Shown here: one piece after another, positions 1 to 8,292 of the stretch
Layout of the letters: each line of letters starts with the position of its first letter
How positions within the stretch are numbered: the first letter of the stretch is position 1
Assembly (NCBI GenBank): GCA_963697165.1
Contig: CAVOMX010000020.1
Location: 1-45,614 of the forward strand
Direction of reading: 5' to 3'
Length of the DNA: 45,614 bases
Origin: Candidatus Bathyarchaeota archaeon
Lineage (GTDB): Archaea; Thermoproteota; Bathyarchaeia; Bathyarchaeales; Bathyarchaeaceae
Position numbers and translations under genes: made by a program
Notes under the pieces: model-generated
Databases searched by the model: none
Told to the model about the DNA's origin: nothing
The model's input: only the letters and a program-made list of their open reading frames with translations

Positions 1-20
1 AAAGTTGAGGGAGAAAAGAC

Positions 21-1953
21 ACGGAAACTCAATTAACGATTCCTTCTGCAGAGCTAGTAGATGTAGAAAAGATATTTGTTGATGGAAATAATCCAAATGT
101 GCAATCTAAACGGCAGTTTAAAGCTTTGAAGGAAAGTATCACGCGTTATGGTTTTGTTGTTCCGATTATCACTAACAAGGATTTGCTTGTTGCTGATGGA
201 GAACATAGACTAAAGGCTGCAAAAGAGTTGGGCATGAATCAGGTTAGTGTTGTTAGGTTACCTGTAGATGATGTTGATCGTCGGTTGATTCGTCAGGTTA
301 TGAATAAGATTCGTGGCGAACATGACTTGTTCTTAGATGCAGAAGAATATTACAGGCTAGTTTCTGAGGGTTCTCGAGATTTGCTTAAGGGGTTGTTAAA
401 TGAAAGTGATTTAAGAATTGATAATCTTTTGAGTTTAAGGCAGCCTTTTGAATATAGTGACGTAGAGCTTAATCGAATTGCAGAAAGGTTTCAGACCAGA
501 GTTGAAAGCAACAAACTTGATGCTAGTTGGGAACAGAAGCACCCTAAAGAGCCTCTGTCTTTGAATTGCCATGTGAAATTCTCTACAAAAGCAGAAGTTA
601 CAGAGCGAACTTTAGCTGTTTGTGAAGCTTTCGGTTTAGGTGTTGATGAGTCTAGGCTTTTTGTTGTTTTTGACGATTTCTCTCTTGATTTTAATCGTGG
701 AGACCTAATTTGTATAACTGGAGATTCTGGAGGAGGAAAATCTCTGCTTCTAAATGCGTTTAAGAACTATTTTGGTGAAGAAGCGGTTTGTTTAGATGAG
801 TTAGAGGTAGATCCTGAAGAAACTCTAGTTGAAGGCGTGGGAAATGATGTTACTGAAGCGGTTAAGATTCTTAGTTATTGTGGGTTAAATGATGCTTTTC
901 TTTTTCTTCGCAAATACAAAGAACTAAGTGAGGGACAGAAATATCGGTATAAACTGGCAAAACTGATTGAACAGAAGTGATAAGCGGGTTTGGATTGTTG
1001 ATGAGTTTTGTGCAACCCTTGATAGGGTTATGGCTAAGGTAATTGCTTTTTTGCTTCAAAAAGTTGCTAGAAAGCATGGAAAAACTGTTGTTGTAGCTTC
1101 TACACATACTGATTTTTTGTCTGATTTTCAGCCGGATATTGTTGTTAGGAAGGGCTATGAAAGAGATGTCGAGGTTACTGAATTTAGTAAACGACTTAAA
1201 AAATGTACAATCTACGATAACATTCAGATCAAGAAAGGTGGTATTGAGGATTATCGTAAGCTTAGCAGATTTCATTACAGAACAAAAAATCATGAAGACC
1301 CTGAAGGTCTTCGAGCAAGAGACTGTTTCAAGCTTCTCTTTAACAATGAATTGATTGGGGTGATTGTGTATTCGCATTCTTATCTTAATCTTAAGCCTCG
1401 GAACATGATTTTTGGGAAAAGATATGTTTTTACTCCCGGAGACATTCACACAGCCAATTTAATAAATGAAGAGATTGCTAGAATAAGCAGAGTTGTTATT
1501 CACCCAAAATTTAGGGGCATAGGGTTAGGAGCGTTTTTAGTAAAAGAGACCATGCCAAAAGTAGATGTCAAGGTAATTGAAGCTTTAGCGGTAATGGCAA
1601 GATATAATCCATTTTTTGAGAAAGCTGGAATGGTTAAAGTTGATTACAAGACAAATAGTTACTCAAAAGAAAATGAAATAAAGAATTTTTTAGAATCCCA
1701 CAATTTTGACTTTGACTTTCTGAAATCAAAAAACTATTGTAATAATTTCTTTTTGAGTCTAAATAGTAAAGATAAAAAGAAGTTTGTTGAATATCTCACA
1801 GATTTTGCCCATCAACCCTTCATTAAAACAAAAAAAATAACACCTGATTTACTTACCAAAATGTTCAGTTCAGAACTTACATATCTATATTGGATTAATC
1901 GCTCTCTTTTATATAGTGATACCAAGTTTTTTACTTCAAGTGTAAGTGATTAG
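21..1953 (+). CDS. ParB/Srx-domain + ABC ATPase + GNAT acetyltransferase fusion (COG2401-like), split by one +1 frameshift near 965-970
   Basis: ParB motifs (NPN, PIIT, VADGEHRLKAAKELG); Walker A GDSGGGKS and signature LSEGQKYR in ORF 99-980; Walker B VWIVDEF and H-loop VASTH in ORF 967-1953; GNAT motif A RVVIHPKFRGIGLG. Frame stays open upstream of 99 to position 9; true start uncertain. Confidence 0.85.
1774..1900 (+). repeat. Copy 1 of direct repeat (3' part of the GNAT gene)
   Basis: Aligns without gaps to 3238-3364 and partly to 4063-4104. Confidence 0.95.
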
Positions 1954-2002
1954 GTAAACTTTTAAGATTCTTTAATTGTTGTTCATTTTGGATGGTAATG
2001 TT

Positions 2003-2386
2003 ATGGTAAAAGTTGCGGTTCTAAAACTTGATGACCCCAATAATAGGAACCGTTGGGTTATTGGCACTCCTGAAGCTGTACCAATAGATTCACCCTTCTT
2101 TTCTGAACAGCTTGAACTTAATCATATAACGAACCCTGACAGAAAAATTTACTTAGAAAATGAGAAAAAACATTATCATAAACTGCCTATAGAAGAATTC
2201 TATTTTGTTCTAAAGGGAATCTTGAAAGTTGAAATAGAAGATACTATAAAAGTCGTGAAGAAAAGAGAAATACTTACTGTTCCCTCTGAGAAATGTCATA
2301 AGGTTAAATGGTTTTCTAAAAAAGTTGAATTCATTGTTTTTCGTTCACCAAGCTCTAGTGATCAAGACAAGGTTATATGCGAATAG
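2003..2386 (+). CDS. Cupin-domain protein
   Basis: HYH-x4-EE(F)YFVLKG and PSEKCH metal-binding cupin motifs; ATG at 2003 preferred over TTG at 1976. Confidence 0.8.
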   Translation: MVKVAVLKLDDPNNRNRWVIGTPEAVPIDSPFFSEQLELNHITNPDRKIYLENEKKHYHKLPIEEFYFVLKGILKVEIEDTIKVVKKREILTVPSEKCHKVKWFSKKVEFIVFRSPSSSDQDKVICE

Positions 2387-2479
2387 TAAAATTTAGAGAG
2401 ACAACTATTAAATTTCAAAACATATTTTTCTAAATATTTTATAGTTAAGCTTTTTAGCATTCAACAATAAGTCAAGTGT

Positions 2480-3238
2480 ATGTCAGTTGAATCACTTCAT
2501 GAAGCTTTTAACCAAAACTGGGAACATCTTCGACATCAAGAAATCCAGCGACAACATCAACTATACGTGTATATCTTACTTTTTTCTGCTGCTTTAACTT
2601 TTATGCTTAGCGATTATGTTGCGTTGCATTTGACGTTACAGCAGTTTTGGCCTGTTTTTTTGTTTTTGTCTATTTATTCTTTTATTGTGAGTTCAAGTGT
2701 TGCGAAATGGAACCTAGAATTTAAAAATTTCTTAAAAAATATTCAATGGATCTCAGAAAAACTCGAATTAATTTGGACTATTTCAACCAAAAGAGTTGAT
2801 GAAGTCAACAACCCGAATCTAATTTGTGATAACAAAGAATTATTACTCGATGATTCAATGGCCCAAGGTTATGTAGGTTTAGCATTACCTCTACAAAAAA
2901 GGGTTAATCGAAATTTTGAGAATATCCTTGATGTAATTCTATTAGGAACAACGGCTGCTTTTGTTTCTGGATTAATTATCTACGTTAGCAGTTCAATATT
3001 TTCATTAAATACTATAGCCGTTTCAGGGTTTACTTTCCCATTTCGGTTATTATCATATCCTGTAGGATTATGCATTTCTGCTGTTGTAACTTTTATGAAC
3101 AGAAAAACTAGAAGTAATATGAGAGACAACACTGATAAACTGCTTGATGTTCGAGAACCTGACGAAATTACTTTAAGATATAGAAATATCCAACCATTCT
3201 ATCAAGATGCTAAAAAAGAACACAAGTATCATAAGTAA
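2480..3238 (+). CDS. Hypothetical membrane protein with about 4 TM helices
   Basis: 252-aa ORF with two pairs of hydrophobic segments after an N-terminal helix (NWEHLRHQEIQRQH). Confidence 0.75.
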   Translation: MSVESLHEAFNQNWEHLRHQEIQRQHQLYVYILLFSAALTFMLSDYVALHLTLQQFWPVFLFLSIYSFIVSSSVAKWNLEFKNFLKNIQWISEKLELIWTISTKRVDEVNNPNLICDNKELLLDDSMAQGYVGLALPLQKRVNRNFENILDVILLGTTAAFVSGLIIYVSSSIFSLNTIAVSGFTFPFRLLSYPVGLCISAVVTFMNRKTRSNMRDNTDKLLDVREPDEITLRYRNIQPFYQDAKKEHKYHK

Positions 3239-3378
3239 AAAAGAAGTTTGTTGAATATCTCACTGATTTTGCTCATCAACCCTTCATCAAAACGAAGAAA
3301 GTAGCACCTGATTTGCTTACCAAAATGTTTAGCACAAAGGGAAAATACCGTTACTGGATCAATCCCAGTTGCTGCTAA
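3238..3378 (+). pseudogene. Orphan 3' end of a GNAT-gene allele (repeat copy 2)
   Basis: Translates KKKFVEYLTDFAHQPFIKTKKVAPDLLTKMFSTKGKYRYWINPSCC*; no start codon at the 5' end; 10 differences in the first 96 nt versus 1774-1869, 8 of them synonymous. Confidence 0.92.
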
Positions 3379-3444
3379 TTATTCACCTAATTGTCTATGC
3401 TATATGCTATTTTATTGCCTTTTGAAGATGTTTTTTTGATTGTT

Positions 3445-3921
3445 TTAAGCTACCAGATAAGCCCAAACACTGACTTTTCGTGCAACAGCGGCTCGATTAT
3501 AGATAAAAACTTGGACAAAAGGACCCATAATTGGTAACCTTGCTAGGTAAGTACTAATTTTCCATTGTTGTCCATGCCATGTACCACTTCCATTTACTTC
3601 GATAAAATTTGTCGCTTGTGGGGCTTGAACATTGTGCTCGAGGTTGACATATCGTCTAGTTCCCATAGTACCATTCTTGTCGAAAGCAAAGACTACACCT
3701 AAATCAACTGGTGGTTCATCCGCAGTTTTTTGCGTGAAACGGACAAAAATGTTGATGTGTTTATAGCCGTCAATATTAGTGTATGGTGGCAGACTTATTC
3801 CCATGTTTGGATCTACTTGTTTGTCGGTCATGAATTTAATAGTCTTAGTGCAGGGTTTAACACAGGGTAGCTGTCTAACATTAGGCAAAACTAATTCTTT
3901 GGTCTTAATGCTCTTTTCCAT
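3445..3921 (-). CDS. Hypothetical protein (158 aa, probably beta-rich)
   Basis: Clean ATG-initiated ORF; no family recognised. Confidence 0.7.
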   Translation of the reverse strand: MEKSIKTKELVLPNVRQLPCVKPCTKTIKFMTDKQVDPNMGISLPPYTNIDGYKHINIFVRFTQKTADEPPVDLGVVFAFDKNGTMGTRRYVNLEHNVQAPQATNFIEVNGSGTWHGQQWKISTYLARLPIMGPFVQVFIYNRAAVARKVSVWAYLVA

Positions 3922-4062
3922 AAGAAAATCTCAAAGTAACTTCTATTAGCCAGACTTAATAATTTTTGTGTAACTTGATTTTTAGATGTATAGAAAGGGA
4001 TGCTGAAATAGTGTTGTTATGGTTTTTGAAATTAAAATTTAATGAAGAAGTACACTATGTAA

Positions 4063-4110
4063 AAAAAGTTCAGTTCAGAACCAGCATACCTTTTTTCTGT
4101 TAAGAGTTAA
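4063..4110 (+). repeat. Short third remnant of the GNAT-gene 3' end (repeat copy 3)
   Basis: aaaaagttcagttcagaaccagcatacctt.. = KKFSSEPAYLFSVKS* versus KMFSSELTYLYWIN at 1858-1899; exact core gttcagttcagaac. Confidence 0.7.
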
Positions 4111-4257
4111 ATTTTAGACCCCAAACCCAACAGCACTCTCCTGCACGTTAACTCTCTCTTCTTCCTACTCTCCCCTACTCTCCATCTAACCCTCTCTCTA
4201 AAAACAAGAGATAAAAACTCCACCAAGCAAGAAGGAACATGCGAATAGGGACCTAAA

Positions 4258-5115
4258 TTACCAATCAACCATGGATTTAGAGACGTGAAGTTTCATCTTT
4301 TTGAGAGTCATGTTTTCAGTGGAATGGGTTGGAAACATTGTAAGACTGTTCAAAAAGTGCTGAGGAACAGTAACAGGTTCCGTTAGCTCAAGGTTTTCAA
4401 TTTGAATACTACGATCGACTTATTTCACGAAATAGCTCTGAAAAGTTGTGAGTAATGATGTTCAACAAAATCTCTTGTCGACCAGAAATTCTTTGAATTA
4501 ATTTTAAGCTTTTTTTGTTCTTCACCATTTAAAGAGATAGTTCGAGGAATGGTAGGTATTCCAACCTCACTTTTTCCATGAACAGAGAGTGATTCAATTG
4601 CTTTGATATGAATCCATTCATCTCTTATCCCTTGAACTCTACAAACCAAGTTTCAAGTTTCTTGATTTTGTGTTTAAGATACACATCTTTTTGAGATACC
4701 GACTGCCTGAATCCAAGTTTCTTAAAATCTCTGTCTCCACCTTTCTGTTCTAAACCAAGCAAATCAGTCAGAAAAACTGCCATTGAATCTAATGCAGATT
4801 TTGTGTGAATTAGACAATCGGTTACACACAACGAATGCGCAGTTTGCCTCAGTGGGTCAAGCACAAAACTATTAGGCTCGACTGCCTTTACTAATTCATC
4901 CTCCAAATGGATAGCTTTAAGTCCCATCAACTTAACCCACTGAATCTTACGAAGACTAAACCTTAATGACTCATACATCTTAGCCTTCCCTTTTTTTCAA
5001 CAATCAGCCCTAGCATAGCAAGTTTAAACGGCTTGTATTTAGGAAGGAACTGGGGCAATATTTCTCTAAAGAACAGACCACCTTCCATCTTTTCGGGAAA
5101 ATTTGGAAGACTCAT
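4258..5115 (-). pseudogene. HEPN-type (Cthe_2314-like) putative ribonuclease, interrupted by about 4 indels
   Basis: ATG at 5115 with GGTGA RBS; joined frames give ~285 aa MSLPNFPEK...KSALDSMAVFL...IRDEWIH...KSMVDW*; R-x4-H motif RDEWIH. Confidence 0.6.
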
Positions 5116-5181
5116 GACTCACCATTGAAATTTGATTATGTTTTTAGTAATTAAAGCATTTTGTAGTCGTTCACAAGGCTA

Positions 5182-5517
5182 TTACGTAATTCCGATTCTA
5201 GGTCTCCATTCTTTTTTCTTTTCGTTTCTGAGATATTTAGCGAATATCCGAGAGCTTCTTCGTTAATCAATGCTTGACTTGTTTGCTCTTTTTCCATGTT
5301 TTATCCTTGGGATCTCAACTTCTTTTTCGAAAAAGGTTTCTAATGCAATCATTAGTTTGCTAGTCAGAAGATTGTTAAGATATTCTCTTTTTCCTTTCTG
5401 GTTCTAGTTCTGTTCTCGGTTTTTACAATGAAATCCCTTAAGCTTAGATTTCTACAATATTCTATCAGAAAATCATCAATTAGACTAACGATATAGTTCC
5501 ATGAAATCACAAACCAT
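5182..5517 (-). pseudogene. cas1: 3' fragment of a cas1-family gene (solo/casposase-like), frameshifted
   Basis: Joined frames read MVCDFMELYRxLIDDFLIEYCRNLSLRDFIVKTENRTR-QKGKREYLNNLLTSKLMIALETFFEKEVEIPRIKHGKR-QTSQALINEEAL-IFAKYLRNEKKKEWRPRIGIT*, matching the Cas1 D-x2-E-x2-R-x2-(I/V)D motif and C-terminal helices. Confidence 0.75.
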
Positions 5518-6146
5518 CCACAAATTCCAAGAATAATATGATGTTTTTTACACGTGTTTGATCTGATTCCCCGAAGGGTTCATTTGAAATTCAATAATGT
5601 AACTATCTTGATTATTCTTCATTTCATTACAAAATTGAAATCCTTTAGGGTATAGATTTCTGACAACTCCAATCTTGTTTTCCTTCTACTTGTATTGTTG
5701 GCTGTCATTCCCATTCAACTTCATTCTTATGCCATGAAAGACTTGCCTGAACATTTATGCTGAAAAGTAACATATTGTGAGGGTTTATTCAGTTTTGGTG
5801 TCCTGCGTTCGGAATCATTATTGAGTTGAATGCAGTTTTAAATGTGGTAAAATCATCATTTATAGTCTCGTTTGGTTCATAAAATGCTGTCCACTTATTT
5901 TCAGGTACAGACATTAATACAATGCTCAATGTATTTTGATCTGTTTTCAGGAATTGAGAGAATACTGTATGCATATTCGTTAACAGTTATATGATTCTAT
6001 GATGACCGCCCTGTTCTTTCGGTGTACCCGTCTTCTTGCTCATCCATGACATTGCTGATTCGGAGATCGTCACTATTTTTATGTGTATAATTTCTTTATA
6101 GGCGAAAGTATCTATTGAATTTTTTTGACAAAAAAATGTGAAAAAA

Positions 6147-6497
6147 ATGGAAAACCAAATTAATTTTGATTAACTTTCGGAAAACGTTCTTATAAAAAGA
6201 TACAAAATCAGATCCACAGGAAACCAAACTGCAAGCATCGAAACTACAATACCCAAAGAAGTTTTTGAACGAGAAGCTGGTCGTTATGATATGACAGTCG
6301 AAGAAGCACTCTCTAAATTAGAGGCAGTATGGCGGTTCAATAGCTTTCAAGGTCTCCATTTATCATTCGAGAATAGTAAAAAGTATTCAGAAATACAAAA
6401 TCAAGGACAACATTGTGTTAAACTGAAGCCAATTCACATTAGTTCTGAAATTCAAAATCTTAAACCTAAAGAGGGAAATTTACATGCCTCAGAGTGA
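6147..6497 (+). CDS. AbrB/SpoVT-like small DNA-binding protein (in-frame TAA at 6171-6173; start uncertain)
   Basis: In frame upstream of ORF 6291: KRYKIRSTGNQTASIETTIPKEVFEREA, a swapped-hairpin-like pattern. Confidence 0.5.
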
Positions 6498-6732
6498 AAG
6501 AGCCAACACCCTAAAAGAGATAGTAAAATGGTTGATTAATCAAGAAAACGGAGCTACAGTGCAGGCAATTTTGCAACACACAAAATGGGAAATCACAGAA
6601 GGGGGAGCTACTGACGCTACAATAAAAAAATACATCGAAGACCTAAAAAAAGCTGCAATCATCGAATATAACCATCCTTTTTGGAAAGTTACAAACTACG
6701 GAAAAACCTGGTTGGAACGACACCTCTTATGA
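6484..6732 (+). CDS. Small winged-helix protein
   Basis: 82 aa; helix-turn-helix followed by wing (TIKKYIEDLKKAAIIEYNHPFWKVTNYGKTWL); GAGGG RBS. Confidence 0.65.
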   Translation: MPQSERANTLKEIVKWLINQENGATVQAILQHTKWEITEGGATDATIKKYIEDLKKAAIIEYNHPFWKVTNYGKTWLERHLL

Positions 6733-6865
6733 TTTTGATCTATACCTCAATAAACATAGACTGGTACACAAAAATTGGTTATAGAAATCACCCTCTTTAT
6801 CTAAACATACAGAAAGAAACTGGCAAACTGAAGAATTCAGACACAAACATACACACAATTCATTA

Positions 6866-7093
6866 TTGAAGGGGACATATGAAATACTAAAAGCTCTGGT
6901 AATAACCCCAAACGAAAACACTCAAGAACTTGGCTGTTTGTTGGCTGTGGCTAGGGCTGAAGCTCGAAGACGAGAGAAATCAAAAGAGAATCCGTCTATT
7001 CGTGCTTTTAGGTTTTTTCCAGAGTTAAATGTCTATGTGGCTATTTACGAAGTTCAACGCACTTTAGACTTGACACTTAGGAAAATCAGGTGA
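6866..7093 (+). CDS. Small hypothetical protein upstream of integrase
   Basis: 75-aa TTG ORF co-oriented and closely spaced with the integrase. Confidence 0.5.
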   Translation: MKGTYEILKALVITPNENTQELGCLLAVARAEARRREKSKENPSIRAFRFFPELNVYVAIYEVQRTLDLTLRKIR

Positions 7094-7103
7094 TTATCCA
7101 AAA

Positions 7104-8258
7104 TTGGTTCAATGTTCTCAATGTAGTTCGCAGAAAACATGGAAGGATGGTATTCGTAAGACAAGTTTTGGCAATATTCAAAGGTATTTGTGTCGTGAAT
7201 GTGGCTTCCGGTTTTCCGTTAATAGTGGCTCCAAATCATTTTATATGGAATCGAGCAAAGGTTCTAGTTACCAAATCGGCGCTATTCCCAAAGCCCATGG
7301 GCAAGTGATAAATTTGGTAGCGATAGAACCGCTTAGAGAAGGGCCAGCGGGAGCCACAACTAAAACATTAGCACCTGAAATAAAGTCAGAACTAGTCAAC
7401 TTCACGTGGTGGATGAAAAAGAACGGCTATGCAAAAACAACAATACACCTAAACACCACAATCCTAAGAATATTAACCGAAAGAGGAGCCCAACTATTCA
7501 ACCACGACAGCATCAAAGAAACCATAGCCAACCAAAACTGGAGCAACACACGAAAACACTCAGCCATAGCCACATACACACTATTCCTAAAAACGCACAA
7601 ACAAACATGGGAACCACCCCTATGCAAAGTCACTAGAAAACTACCCTTCATCCCAAACGAAAAAGAAATAGACAACCTAATCGCTGGATGCGGACCCAAA
7701 CTGGGAACCTTCCTATTACTACTCAAAGAAACCGCAATGAGAAAAGGCGAAGCATTCCGTCTACTATGGAAAGACATCGACCTCGAAAGACGAACAATAA
7801 CCTTAAACGACCCAGAAAAAGGCGGCACACCAAGAATCTTCAAAGCAAGCAACAAACTAATAGCTAGAATAAACACCCTACCACGCAAAAACAAAAGAGT
7901 ATTCGGCAGCACCACCAACAAACAAACCTCATTCTATGACTCCAGAAAACGAATAGCCAGAAAACTACAAAACCCCAGACTACAACAAATCAGCTTCCAC
8001 ACATTCCGCCACTGGAAAGCCACAATGCTCTACCACCAAACCAAAGACATACTATACGTCAAAGAATACCTAGGACACAACAAAATCGAAACAACCCTCC
8101 TCTACATACAAATAGCAAAAACTATCTTCAAAAACCTAGACGACGAATACACCGTAAAAATAGCATCTAACAAAGAAGAAATCAAAGCATTGCTTGAAGT
8201 AGGCTTCGAATACATCTGCGAAAAAGATGAACTTTATTACTTCCGAAAACGCAAGTAA
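7104..8258 (+). CDS. Tyrosine recombinase/integrase with N-terminal zinc ribbon
   Basis: CxxC...QRYLCxxC ribbon; catalytic R (AMRKGE), K (EKGG), HTFRH, LGH, Y (TLLY); GGTGA RBS. Confidence 0.95.
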   Translation: MVQCSQCSSQKTWKDGIRKTSFGNIQRYLCRECGFRFSVNSGSKSFYMESSKGSSYQIGAIPKAHGQVINLVAIEPLREGPAGATTKTLAPEIKSELVNFTWWMKKNGYAKTTIHLNTTILRILTERGAQLFNHDSIKETIANQNWSNTRKHSAIATYTLFLKTHKQTWEPPLCKVTRKLPFIPNEKEIDNLIAGCGPKLGTFLLLLKETAMRKGEAFRLLWKDIDLERRTITLNDPEKGGTPRIFKASNKLIARINTLPRKNKRVFGSTTNKQTSFYDSRKRIARKLQNPRLQQISFHTFRHWKATMLYHQTKDILYVKEYLGHNKIETTLLYIQIAKTIFKNLDDEYTVKIASNKEEIKALLEVGFEYICEKDELYYFRKRK

Positions 8259-8292
8259 CTATACAAACCGAGTGAAAACTGGTGATTATAGA

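Larger units (their letters stand above)
1..8258. mobile_element. Right part of an integrated element (provirus/integrative element) ending in a tyrosine integrase; left end outside window
   Basis: Terminal integrase, small AbrB/wHTH genes, ParB-ABC-GNAT gene, AT-rich cargo and gene remnants; housekeeping genes start right after 8258. No att repeat identifiable in the window. Confidence 0.75.

Noticed and set aside
955..985. Programmed frameshift in the ParB-ABC-GNAT gene
   Set aside because: No slippery heptamer or stimulatory structure; same +1 insertion pattern as in unrelated core genes.
871..1449. 192-aa antisense ORF and similar antisense ORFs over core genes
   Set aside because: Overlap well-supported genes on the other strand and lack motifs.
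1774..3378. Diversity-generating retroelement TR/VR pair
   Set aside because: Differences are mostly synonymous and not confined to adenines; no reverse transcriptase in the window.
4141..4200. Pyrimidine-rich tract with CCTACTCTCC tandem duplicate
   Set aside because: Low complexity, only two units; no convincing ORF or RNA structure.
5789..5974. 61-aa minus-strand ORF
   Set aside because: Probably a fragment of decayed cargo; no motif recognised.
5999..6058. Possible C/D box sRNA (ATGATGA...CTGA)
   Set aside because: No credible internal D'/C' boxes or guide spacing; lies in decayed AT-rich DNA.
4111..6146. CRISPR array near the cas1 remnant
   Set aside because: No regularly spaced 24-47 bp repeats seen here or elsewhere in the window.
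7090..7921. Alternative-frame and antisense ORFs over the integrase (7090-7308, 7406-7636, 7427-7921)
   Set aside because: Shadows explained by the skewed codon usage of the integrase.
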